A stretch of 64,000 bases of DNA from Eledone cirrhosa (taxonomy: Eukaryota), in NCBI GenBank assembly GCA_964016885.1, contig OZ024741.1, forward strand, positions 345,340,001 to 345,404,000, read 5' to 3'. Positions 27,894 to 39,871 of the stretch are shown here, in pieces. The number at the start of each line of letters is the position of its first letter. Position 1 is the stretch's first letter. The position numbers and the translations under genes are program-made. The notes under the pieces were generated by a model. It ran no database searches, had not been told where the DNA came from, and was given only the letters and a program-made list of their open reading frames with translations.

Positions 27894-28904
27894 ATGGACC
27901 TCCAGGAGAAGAATAAGTTCAACGAAGACTTCTTTCAGGACATAACCAATGTTGACAACCTCACCGCTTATACCTGGGTGTATAGGTGGGCAGAAGAAAA
28001 GGAATTTAACTGGCGGAAACCTGACTTATACAAGAAACCACACCAAGTCATTAATCACCAAAGTTATAAAGAAGAGCACATCTTGTTATTTCGTATTCTG
28101 TGTACATTTTCTAGTATTATCATTTATCACCCTCGCAGACCCATTAGAGTAAAGCATTGTAATGACATTGACCACTTTCATGTTATTATCTGACACTCTA
28201 ATCATCCGAGTAGTCAACATTCTTTCCTCAAGTTGAAGAAGAGTCTACTAACTAATACTGGCTACGATTTGAAAGCGGTAAAGATACAGTCACCGGCAGG
28301 ATTCGCAGAATATCTAAAGTATGAAGTGGTGAAAGAATGGGGTAAGAAAGAATTGAACCCGCTAATGTGGCTCGTAATATGGCATGAGTTTATAACCGAT
28401 TACAAGGAAAATAAATACCTATCTACAAAGTTGACGTCGTTACCAGAGAGCAAGCATTATATTAACCATATGGGATCGTTTAAAAAGAAAGTGACGTCGA
28501 GAAAGAGACCATTACCGGAGGCTACTACTTCATGTATTGAGGTAAATAAATGTGGTAGTGGTGTGAGTTACTGGTTCCCTTCTCATTCAACTAAAGAGAT
28601 TGAAGATGACGACGATATTAAGAGAAGCAAAAATGATGATACTGATCGTGACTATAAAAAGGCAGAAGAATATTGGAAACCCTTACTTACAGAACCGTTG
28701 CTGAATAATAACGAGTACTTGGAAGACCTGAATAACGAAAACTGGGATGAAGAGTTAAAAATAGACGAAGGAATAAAGGCGCGAGATATAATATCGGGTG
28801 CTGATGAAGCGATAGCAGGATTGTGCAGAATGGACAGCGAAGATTTACAGCAGTGTTGTTTATTGCATGGGACAGACTTTTCTTCATGTAATTTTGGTGA
28901 ATAA
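27894..28904 (+). pseudogene. NS1: Second parvoviral NS1 (different lineage), HUH domain fused in frame to the NS1 C-terminus with no helicase
   Basis: NLTAYTWVYRW, DHFHVII(*=W)H, PAGFAEYLK, then KKELNPLMW (cf. KKKLNPFIW in EVE1); AATAAA at 28900-28905 overlaps the stop. Confidence 0.8.
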
Positions 28905-28959
28905 ACAGTGTGAAACTTGATATATTTGTTTGTCTTTATTGAATCTGATAAAGTAGGTC

Positions 28960-29178
28960 ACCATTGAAAAGTTCTAAATATTTTTCAATGGTCGAAGGTG
29001 TCATGATGGCGGCTGAAAACAAGATGGCGGATGGATTGGAATATCTCCTATGCTATTGATACTATTATTATATTATTATATATATATAGTAGTATAGTAG
29101 TAGTAGAATGTATTATAGAAGAGGAGTGATGACGCCATGGCCGCCATGACACCTGTGACCATTGAAAAATATTTAGAA
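28960..29178. repeat. Candidate parvoviral terminal hairpin
   Basis: TTCTAAATATTTTTCAATGGTC..AGGTGTCATG..GGCGGC pairs with GCCGCCATGACACCT..GACCATTGAAAAATATTTAGAA around an AT-rich centre; lies just after the viral poly(A) signal. Confidence 0.65.
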
Positions 29179-29194
29179 ATAAATATTGTGATAA

Positions 29195-29424
29195 TTAATG
29201 ATGTGGTGCACCAACGGAACTTTGTCGATCCTGTAGACCCTCATGTGCACACGCAACTCATAGAGAACACATGGAGCCGTGCGAAGAAAAAGCTTCGTCG
29301 CCAGCATGGGACCAGCAATGCTTTATTCCTCTCATATCTAGCTGAATTTCTTTGGCGGCAGAGAGTTGGTGCCAACAAGTTTGGCGAAATGCTAAACTGT
29401 ATTGGAGCTATTTACTGGGTGTAG
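29195..29424 (+). pseudogene. Merlin (IS1595/ISXO2-like) transposase 3' fragment
   Basis: VVHQRNFVDP..HTQLIENTW..SYLAEFLWR; close relative of the 53566-54540 ORF. Confidence 0.88.
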
Positions 29425-29959
29425 TAAAGATTTTAATAAGGTTGGTAAATTTAAATTTTATATGCAACAAACGTTTAAATATGTAATTTTTTTCAACACA
29501 CAACAGTTTAAATATGTAATTTTTTTCAACACACAAGTTTAAATATGTAATTTTTTTCAACACACAGAACGGACAGTATCAACAACAACATTTACAATCG
29601 AAAATGAAAATAATTCATGACAATAAATGTAGTTTCATTTTCATGATGTTGAAAATGAAAATAAATTTACTTTCATTCTTCAGACCGTTAAAAGTCAGGT
29701 ATGCCTTGCATGCCAGTATTATTTTCTCGTTTTCTCTCAAAGTATGTTTCATTACCTGTTGTAATGCACGCACCACAATAAAACATAATTTATTGTTGGC
29801 ATATGTTGGACATAATTCGTCGTGTTTTCATTATTCATTGTTGAATGAAGAGAGACAAGTTTGTAACCAGAAAAATGATGTAAAAAATACTTCTATGTCT
29901 TATTTTGTATTGAATTTGTGGTTGGCTTGCTAGATTCACCAATAAACCAACACACTAAA

Positions 29960-30395
29960 TACTTTTGAAAATAGCAAAACTATTAGGAATATATATAAAA
30001 AGGCTTCTAATTTCAACAGAAACGTACCAGAAAGCCAATGAGTTAAATTTCCGAGCAGTCTCACAAACTATCTTTGTCAATCACCGAGAAAACTTATATG
30101 TAGCGGGTGCAACAAACTTAATGGCAACTTCGCTACTTGGTGTGAACTTGATTACATTCCTAGAGAATCAAATACACCAGCCAAAAAAAAAAGAAGAAGA
30201 AACTAATGTCGCATTTAATAAAGGATCGTTGATTTTTTACTGTTCACCCCCCTTCTGGAGTCATTTATTTCTACAAAGAGAAACGATGTATTGTCCATTC
30301 ATCGACAATCATTCATTTCCTTTAAGCCCAATATTTTCAAAGAAAAGAAAACAAGAAGATAACTGTTTACAACAAGAAGAAGAAGATATCGAAAG
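29960..30395 (+). pseudogene. NS1: Parvoviral NS1 fragments (relative of EVE1 NS1)
   Basis: Alternative frame reads KTIRNIYKKASNFNRNVPESQ*VKFPSSLTNYLCQSPR..FATWCELDYIP, aligning to EVE1 KYIRSLYKKATKLSRYIPECQRIKFPSSMANYFCRPPR..FTDWCMQEYVP; then a PPFWSHLF acidic tail. Confidence 0.75.
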
Positions 30396-30399
30396 CGAA

Positions 30400-30950
30400 A
30401 TGAGTGGCGACATTCAGCAGCCTGATTCAAGTGCATCTAAAGTTGGACCACAAGTGGAGGATCTGGAGCAAGAATAGCAAGCGATATACCAACTACTGTA
30501 GGTGATAACAATCCTATTGTATGCAAACAATTTTCAAGAACATTTTTTCATTACCTTGACGCATTCGACGTACCTATAGATGTCTGCAAATACAAACTAA
30601 ACGTAACTCATGAACAATATACATCACTACAATTCATTCACCGAATGGTAGAAATACGATATACTGATTTACGAGCATCAATAACAAAAGCAGAATTGCA
30701 AACATATATGTATCCATGCATCGCTTGGAGAGTTAACAACGTAGGATTCCAAGTCAGTAACATCATTCCAATTACAGACGAATTAAGTACTGTACAAAAT
30801 ACAACAACAACAAATACAACTTTCAATACACGACCATGGATAGCGTGTTACGTTGATACAGATGCACGATTTTTTGCAAACAGAATAGCAACTATACCAC
30901 AAGTGAATAAAAACTTCGGAGAAAACATACCGTCAACAAGAGACGCTGGG
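30400..30950 (+). pseudogene. VP: Parvoviral capsid N-terminal half (relative of EVE1 VP)
   Basis: MSGDIQQP..GGSG..KQFSRTFFHY..WRVNNVGFQVSNIIPITDELSTVQNTTTTNTTFNTRPW. Confidence 0.82.
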
Positions 30951-31259
30951 TAGTGCTGCTCGTCCATTATAATTGCAGCACTATTACAAGAATATCACAA
31001 TGATGCATTAAGGTAAGGGCGATAATTTGAGTAACACTGACTAATAAGTAATGTCTTAACTTAGTATTATCACGTCTTATCACTACATGCTTAATTGATG
31101 AATTCCATTTCAAAATAGCACATTACTAGTCATTCTTGCATTAGTTCTATTGAACTCGTTGCCTCATTGATCCTTTATTGAGTCTGCCACTCTAATTTCC
31201 TCAAGTTAAGTTATTACTATTCCTACATGAAAGGAATAATCTTCATATATAACTTGTCT

Positions 31260-32590
31260 CGACTTGGTTAACACCCATGTGTTTAATTTGCAAGGAGTCC
31301 TTTTCGAATGAGGCAATCGCGTTTGTGTAGACACCTGGAGGTTAGGCACCCCGATAAGAGATATAAAGATTTAGCATACTTTCAGTCTCTTAGCGACCAA
31401 TTTCAGAAAACAACACTAATTTCTTCTGCCTTTTCAAAAGTTGAAGCTTCAAATGTTGATGGACTTGTCGCATCTTACAATATTGCCAACATAATCACAA
31501 AGTGTGGCAAGCCACATTCCTTGGGTGAAACATTGGTAGCTCCTGTCATCTCAGAAGTTCTTTCAACAGTACTACATCAGAACCCATTAAAGATCTTGAA
31601 ATGTATTCTGTTGAGTAACGACTCAATAAGGAGACGCATCGACGAAATGGCGGAAAATGTTGAACAAAAATTATGCAACATCTTGAAATTGACACAATTT
31701 GCTTTGCAACTTGATGAAAGCACACTTTCCGGGGATCTGTCCTTACTACTGGGATACGTGCGATTTTTACACCAAAACGAAATGCACGAGGAGCTTCTAT
31801 TCACTCTGAATCTGCCAAGGGATACCTCGAAGAAAAAGAGATACCTCTTAACAATATTGTATCGTGCTACGGACGGCGCAAGAGCAATGGTCAGCCAACA
31901 TAAGGGTTTCGTCTCTCTTCTGAAGAGGGAAAATCCATCTGTATTTGCTATTCATTGTCATTCATCGACAACACTTGGCTGCGAAGAAACTTTGCAGGTC
32001 TTTGCAGGTAGCCATTGATGTCATCAATTATATCAAACGAATTTTCCAGCAACTGTGCGAAGATAATGACGAAGAATTCGTCGAGTTGCTCCTTCGTACT
32101 GAAGTGAGGTGGCTTTCAAAGGGCAAGTGCCTTACTCGCTTCTTTGAACTGTTCGACTATCATTGAGTTTCTTCGAGGACGCAACACAGAACTGTATAAA
32201 AAAAATCCTCGATGTGAGGCAAGACTGCGCCTACCTCGCCGACATCTTTGACAAATGCAATAGCCTCATTATGACTTTGCAGGGGGAGAAGATCACCTTG
32301 TTTAAAGCAAGGAATGTTGTGAAAATATTCCTGGTCAAATTGAAAGTCATCGAAAGGAATCTTTGTCGACGGGAATTCTATAATGTTCCTAGTGACGACA
32401 ATGTTCAAAACATTGTGAGCGATGACCAACTCCAAATTTATACCGCGCACCTCCGTTCACTACAAGACAACATGAGAGAACGGTTTGTCGACCTTTTGCA
32501 GATGGACATCCCAATGTGGATAGCAGATCCCTTCATAGCTAACGTCGACGATTTGGACGTTAAATTTTAGGAAGAATTAATGGGAATGTT
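31260..32590 (+). pseudogene. hAT (Buster/Charlie, ZBED5/SCAND3-like) transposase, frameshifted
   Basis: L.RHL..RHP, KPHSLGETL, LSNDSIRRRIDEM, FALQLDEST, TDGARAM, HC..HRQHL, EVRWLSKG. Confidence 0.9.
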
Positions 32591-32617
32591 TTTGTTTGTA
32601 AATAAGAGGTGCCCTAT

Positions 32618-32625
32618 TATAAATA
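32618..32625 (+). promoter_or_regulatory. Candidate TATA box for the EVE2 capsid gene
   Basis: TATAAATA about 40 nt upstream of ATG 32665. Confidence 0.4.
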
Positions 32626-32664
32626 TCACTGTAAAGCATTGGCAGTATCATTATATTTTTTCAC

Positions 32665-34387
32665 ATGCCACCGATAAGAGGTGCCAAGAAAAAGAGCGGT
32701 GAAGATCCACTAAAAGAGAAGACATACGAATTACACCCACCAGGCTATAAATTCCTAGGGCCTGGAACACATATATTCGATAAGTTAGAAAAAGTACCTC
32801 TTAACGAACTAGACAGACTAGCGAAAGTACATGACCTCCACTATACCGATCCTTATAAAGATACTTGGGAGGCAGACAAACAATTCATCGACGGAGCCAT
32901 CCACCAAGGCCCACTCGGATTACTTTCAGCAGGAGCTATCTACGCTAAACACAATTTTGGGCTCGATCAAATCTTCAGACCGGCCCATCCAGATAGTTAT
33001 CGTGCTCTGTTTCCTAGTCCTATACCTCCTCAAGATATGGCAGATTCGAAAGGCAGCCAAGGCGAGGTCAGCGCTCAACCAAGCCATTCCACACAAAAAA
33101 TCCAATCAACAGGCATTCCAGATGACGCAGGAAACTTCAAAAGAAGATACATCATATCCAGAACTTTCAGAAACGTAATTAAGACAACAAATATGAACGA
33201 AGCTCCCGTAACTTTCGAAAAGTTTAGTTCCACTGGAGAGAAAACTTATCACAATATTGGACACTACGCTAAAGGTACAGTTGAGTCGAAAGACTACATC
33301 GTACCGTACTGGATGACATCATGGATAAAACCGTCACAATGGGAGGCGATGACTCAAATGGCAACATCACACAGAGTTTCAAAAGAAGGATTCAAAATTG
33401 ACGATATCATTTGCAGTGAATTCACCTCAAGAAACAACAAAGAAATATTCATTGATTCACCCACGCCCTACTTTGAAATTTACGTAGATACAGGAAAGTA
33501 TATCGGTCACGGAAATTTAAAATCCATTTCCAAACTACCGAACCAATGTCTACGTAAAACACAACCAACAACATTTGCAAATTTAGAATTACCGACATAT
33601 GAGTTTACATATTGCACACCAATAAAGCTAATCAATCAATTCGCAGAACCACAAATAGACGGCAAAATAGAAAAAACTAAATTACTAATTCACGAACTAC
33701 ACGACTGGAGAGATATGAGATCTAAACGAAAAATGAGACAAGGAGATACTTTCCAACACTGCTGGGACAACCCATCAAGACTGGAAATTGGACTAACAAA
33801 CTTCACACAAAACAACAACTATACAGTAACAGGCTTAACAAATACATTCGGCGACGCATTCAACTGGGAATCGAACGTTAATGTCGACATGACATGGGAC
33901 GGTTGCCTAGACACAGAGACAGCACCATTCGTTGGAAATGCTACAACTTCAAGAGACGATGGCTTCCAAGATAACAGAAAAAGAGCAAGAGAACCAACTC
34001 AAGAAGACATAAACTACACAGAACACTCCAACATAACGTTCGACCACATAAAAACACGTAAAGTAGCAGGTATAGATAGATGTCCTCGATTCGGGAAATT
34101 TCATTGTGGCAAACAGAACAGTCATTAACAAAGTACTATACACACCAGAAGAACCTCAAGAAATGGTATTAATAAACGTACCCGTAATAGTAAGACCTAA
34201 CAACACAAGACCATGTATCTACTTCACATTCGACCTGACATACTACATCGAATTAGAATGCAGCTACGAACAGTTCAACCATCCTCAAGTGGTAGCTACA
34301 ATAGACCCACCAACGGCATTAGTAGCAGCACCAGATTGGAATTTCAGTCAATTCTCAGTAACATGCCCAAGCAGGCACTTACACTAA
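32665..34387 (+). CDS. VP1: Endogenous parvovirus-like element 2: VP1 capsid with phospholipase A2 domain (487-aa open frame, C-terminus continues in another frame)
   Basis: PPGYKFLGPG Ca-binding loop and LDRLAKVHDLHY catalytic HDxxY motif; jelly-roll-like SRTFRN and HRVSKEGFKIDDI..PYFEIYVDT; ORFs 32665-34128 and 34106-34387. Confidence 0.9.
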
Positions 34388-34506
34388 AAAAAGGAAAACA
34401 GGGCGTACAATACAATACAACGAAGATATGAAACGCCCACTACAATATATATCCGGGCATTTCGTTAACAAATAGAACACAGGCACTTAAACACATCAAA
34501 AAGCAC

Positions 34507-34514
34507 TATAAATA
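34507..34514 (+). promoter_or_regulatory. Candidate internal TATA box for EVE2 NS1
   Basis: TATAAATA about 40 nt before AAAC-ATG-G at 34552. Confidence 0.45.
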
Positions 34515-34551
34515 ACGTTATCGAAAACAAGTCACCACACAGCAACAAAAC

Positions 34552-35850
34552 ATGGCGGAAGCAACATTGTCGGACTACCAGTCAAACAAAATTTTAACGA
34601 CATCGTTTTCCAAGACGAACTAACACCTTACACTGGGGTCTATAGATGGCAAAACGACTTGGAATTCGAATGGGAAACAGTTAACAATTTGAAAACAGCA
34701 GCAGACACTCATTTCTCAACGAACAAATTACACAAAGTATTTACACAAAATACTGGGTAACTATGCATCGATTGTTATATTCCATAAAAGGAGTTATAGC
34801 AAGATTAAACACTGCCAAGATGCACCACATTTTCATATTATATCATGGCATAAGCTTCACCCAACGAATACACATTCGTTCTACATGCTCAAAAACATGA
34901 TAAGAAACAGCACGAAACCGTACGGAATGAACGCACAAAAAGTATTCAACCCATACGGACTATGCAAATACTTAACAAGCGACAAAGAAAAAAGAGAAAC
35001 CATCGCAGCGACAAACATCAACACTAAACCACAACTACATATATTACGAGCACTAACCGACAAAGAAATACAAATACCGGCATAAGAAACTACAAAAAAT
35101 TACACTGACAAACAAACAGTCAGAGGTAGAAAACACGACTTCATTAATGAACTCATGTTCGCCGCTAAATCAACAGAACTAGAAGACTTGATATGCTTCG
35201 CCAAAAACACAACAAAGAAGAATAGAAGCAAAGAATGGAACGATATATATCGTAACACTCCTAATTTAATAAGCATTATTAATGCTGCAGCAACTGAATT
35301 GAACATCGAGACAATATCAATACCCATTTGGCAACAAATACAACAAAAAAGCGAACTATTCAGCGATATGAACTACAAACATCATTCAGTTCAGACATCC
35401 CTCAATATTTTCACTGAATGGCTAAAACACCATCAATTCAACCCAGAGGTTTTCGCTAGAGAAACTTTCGAGGTGTGTCACAAAATTCACCCCCCAAAAA
35501 ATGGTTTACACATAACAGGAGTTTCAAATGGCAGAAAACGGATTAATGAATAGTGGCAGAATGCGTTGCAAAGCAGCAGACAGCTTCACATTTGGAAGCT
35601 GCATGGATAAACTACTAATATATACAGATGAAATGTGGTTTACAAACAACATTTGAAGAAGGGATATGCATTCTAGAAGGTACAAACACCAACAAGAACG
35701 CGTCCTTAAAAGAACACCAAGTCTATCAACAAGCAACACAGAACCATGGAGAGTAGTACCACAAGAGAAACAAGCTATACGTAATCGATTATTCTACTAC
35801 GTAACACATCAACCAATGCACGAACTGAAAGAACAAAATCGTCTAAAATG
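34552..35850 (+). pseudogene. NS1: EVE2 NS1/Rep, degraded
   Basis: NLTPYTGVYRW, PHFHIISWH (HUH), PYGLCKYL, KNGLHITGVSNG.K (Walker A), YTDEMWF (Walker B), CILEG, RTPSLSTSN (motif C). Confidence 0.87.
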
Positions 35851-36800
35851 TATAAGATTTTGTTCCTCAATTGAAAAATGTGCTCAGTGTGAAATGACTA
35901 TATGTATGAACATATTTTCTTGCAGCTGATGGAAATGAGCGTATGGAATTGGTGGGCCCCCTTTAGATCGGATTTTCCCCCCTGGCTTTAAAAGCTAGTT
36001 ACGCCACTGGGGTTGTATCTTTAGTTTCTTTTACAGAGCTGTATGTCATACATGTAAGATTGATGAAGCCTCCCTAACATTCCATCCATGTCAATAAAAA
36101 GTTGCATGTGGAATATGTTATTCCTTATTTTTGAAATGTAAAAGTGTGGAATAACAATATGTACAATGGATGGATTTAGTAATTATTTGATAATCTGTCT
36201 GTTTTATCCATTCATGACTTAGTGGTTAGTATGTTTGTCCAGCACTACCCGATGTCATCTTCTGAAAAAGTTCAGTAAACCATGTGTAAGATTTTGTTCC
36301 TCAATTGAAAAATGTGCTCAGTGTGAAATGACTATATGTATGATTACCAACCACATGTGTAGTGGTTGTATTTTATCATGTCACCAATACTAGAAAGGTT
36401 GTTGTACCTTCACACATAATCTCTGTAAAATTGAATACAAGGTAATATTTGGTGGAAATTAATGTTGTTGGTGGGTTGTATCTTTAGTTTCTTTTACAGA
36501 CCTGTATGTCACACATGTCAGATTAATGAAGCCTCCCTAACATTCCATCCATGTCAATATAAAGTTGCATGTGGAATATGTTGTTCCTTATTTTTAAAAT
36601 GTAAAAGTGTGGAATAACAATATGTACAATGGATGGATTTAGTAAGTAATTATTTGATAATCTGTCTGTTTTATCATACATGTAAGACTGATGAAGGCTC
36701 CCTAACATTCCATCCATGTCAATATAAAGTTGCATGTGGAATATGTTGTTCCTTAATTTTAAAATGTAAAAGTGTGGAATAACAATATGTACAATGGATG
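35848..36800. repeat. Local direct duplications
   Basis: TAAGATTTTGTTCCTCAATTGAAAAATG.. at ~35850 and ~36285; GATGAAGCCTCCCTAACATTCCATCC.. unit three times (~36010, ~36474, ~36676). Confidence 0.8.
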
Positions 36801-37677
36801 GCTTGTAGTGACATCTAGCGCCAAAAACAGAAATATTACGAGTTACCTCCCGCAAACAAAATAGGCAAGATCTCAGGACTAGCTCTCTTTTTCCTCTTTT
36901 AGCTGCCTGGTCAGGCACGACTATGTCAAAAGTATCTCTACCTCACTTGCATGCCAGGACCGTTTCAATTTCTATCAAGGTACGATATTAACCTATCATT
37001 ATGCACACACCTTAAACACAAATAAAAAGCAATTGTGTATTCTTACTCGTTCGAACGACTCCTTGTTCAGTCATTGCTAAAAATCATGTCACATGGAAAA
37101 ATCTACACTCAACAAAAAAAAAAAAATGAAGATAAAATATTCATGTTTCTTCTTGTATTAAATTGGTGGTTGGTTGTTAATGGAATCTACTCAAGTAGAT
37201 TAATCCAAATAAACCAATTCACTAAAAATATATCCAATAAGGATTCAACTATGTAAAATGGAAGTAATTTTTTACACTATAATAATTTCATGGGCCACAG
37301 AAAAATTCTGGGTTCAAAGTGGAGCATAAGCTAAAAAAGGTTGGGAACACTGCTTTAGATGCTTAGAATTTCCTGGCTAGGACAATGGAGAGATATCTGT
37401 TACAAAACACACAAAGGATTTAAAAGCACCCATGAATCGAAAAGCAAACATTAAATCCTACCTTAACAGAAAAAAAAAAAAGAAATATGGGACTATCTCC
37501 CTAATAGCACTCCAGAATCAGATGATACAGAAGAACTTGTAAGCAGCAGCTTCAATTGTGATGACTGAAGTAAGGCAGAATTTTTTGATGAGGCTAAAAA
37601 GAACAAACGGCCTCTGAATTATATACTGCTCTGTGATCTTTGCCATGAAACCTCTACCTGCTACCATGTATTAATAA

Positions 37678-39871
37678 TACTGGTCTGCGTTTCAAAACTT
37701 TTTTTAAAAGGTCAAGGGTTTTTTTTCAAAATGATTTAGGACCCTTTTTGCATGCTGAATTCAAAAATACAGTTTATTTTTCTGGGTCAGGTCTGGTTTC
37801 TAAGATATAGTCTATTTCTTTTCCAGCATATTTTTCGAAAATATCGCAATCCAAGCGTTTATGGGCTTTGCTTTTGCAAAACCGGGTCGTGGGTAACCTT
37901 TAATAATTATTTTTATTTCTCTTTTCAGGTCTAGAAAAATGGATCGGAAGTGTAAAAACCATCCTAATAGGTTCTGTTACATCTGCGGACATGTGGTTCT
38001 TCCAGACCGTCAAGCAAAAATCACGGATTTTGTGAAGGCATATCACGCTTACTTTGGAGTCAAACTAGGGGACTAGGATAAGCTATTTGCTCCCCATATC
38101 TGCTGCAAAACATGTGTAGAGAACTTACGGGATTGGAGGAATAAGAAAAGGAAGAGTATGCCATTTGGTGTCCCAATGGTGTGGAGGGAAGGGAAAGATC
38201 ACATTACCAACTGCTACTTTTGCATGACAAATCTAAAAGGCATCAATCCCAAGAACAAGCACCATGTTCAATACTCTGATGTTCCTTCTGCCATAAAGCC
38301 AGTCCCCCATGACCCCGATCTTCCTGTTCCTGAGCCAAATGTCACCATGGAATCTAGTTCTGATTCCGAATCTAGTGACATGATTGATACAGCTAAGTGT
38401 GATGAATACAGGTCAGAAGAGGACGACCAACCGGTGCCTTTGACCCAAGCCGAACTCAATGACCTGACACGAGACCTGAACCTTTCGAAAGAGTCTGCCC
38501 AGCTACTGGGTTCTCGTCTTTGAGAGAAACGTCTACTGGCGCCAGGAACACCATTCTATTGGTATCGGGACCGCGAGAGAGAATTTAGAAAATTCTTCAC
38601 GTTTGATGAAGCATCTTCACTGGTCTACTGTAGCAATATTGCTGACCTGATTGAATTACTTGGTCTGAAGTATGATGCTATGGAATGGAGACTTTTCACT
38701 GACTCATCTATCAGAAGTCTCAAAGCAGTTCTTCTGAATATCGGAAACAAGTTTTCATCGATCCCTGTTGGGCACTCAGTTGAAATGAAAGAATCCCACA
38801 AAAGCATGGAACATCTGTTGTCTGCTCTGAACTACCAGAAACATAAATGATTGATCTGTGGAGATCTTAAAGTTGTTGGACTCATCCTAGGACTTCAAGG
38901 TGGTTACACAAAGTATCCATGCTTTCTGTGCTTATGGGATAGCCGTGCTGATGACCAGCATTATGTCAGACAAGAGTGGCCATTAAGACAAGGATTAAAA
39001 CCTGGATCACACAATATTTTGTCCCACCCTCTGGTTGAACCGAGCAAGATATTGCTTCCAACCCTCCACATCAAACTCGGTCTCATGAAGAACTTTGTAA
39101 AGGCATTGGACAGGGAAGGTGGATGATTTGCTTTCTTCCATCAGCAGTTTCAACGAAAAAGCATGGAGAAAATTAAGGCAGGTATATTTGATGGTCCTCA
39201 AATAAGGGAACTCATCAAGGATACTAGTTTTGATGATGCACTGAATCCTGCTGAACTCTCTGCCTGGTTGTCCCTTAAGTCAGTCATTGCAAACTTCCTT
39301 GGCAACCACAGAAGTTCCCAGTATCAGAAGGTGGTTGATGAGTTAATGGAGAATTTCCGCTAACTTGGTGCACGCGTGTCAGTGAAAATGCCCTTCCTCC
39401 GGTCTCATCTGGACTATTTTCCAGAGAATTGTGGAGACTTCAGTGAAGAACATGGTGAGCGCTTTCACCAAGATATCAGTGTTATGGAGGAACGCTATCA
39501 AGGCCGATGGGATGTCAACTTTCTGGCCGACTACTGCTGGTGCCTAAAGAGGGATGCGCAGTCTGCTCAGCACAAACGGAAGTCCCTGAAGAGACCATTC
39601 ATCCATGAGTAGCTTCCTTAGTTCATTATACTCTTCTAGCTATCTATTCAAAATATTTTGTAAGCCTTCTGTGAATAAATCAGTCTAATATTTTCAATAT
39701 TGCGTTTCATTCACCTACAAATAGATCGGAATTTAGGATATTTTTAATGTGCTAATATTTCATTAACCTGATCCGATTGAGTAAAATGAGCATGATTTTT
39801 GGATTCAGTGCAAAAAACTGGCCTAAAATCATGTATTATATGTTAGACCTTGAAAACATCGCAGACCAGTG
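37678..39871 (+). mobile_element. Full-length Chapaev3-type (CMC) DNA transposon with multiply disrupted transposase
   Basis: TIRs (T)ACTGGTCTGCG / CGCAGACCAGTG with TAA on both sides; C.NHPNRFCYICG, PMVWRE..H..CYFC, ICGDLKVV, LP.LHIKLGLMKNFVKAL, SEEHGERFHQDI..MEERYQGRW. Confidence 0.85.

Noticed and set aside
29965-30477. 170-aa ORF as a novel gene
   Set aside because: It is a composite: the NS1 homology of the first half lies in another frame and the end overlaps the VP start.
25160-35850. Exogenous virus contig mis-assembled into the host
   Set aside because: Stops, frameshifts and interleaved host TEs indicate old endogenous sequence.
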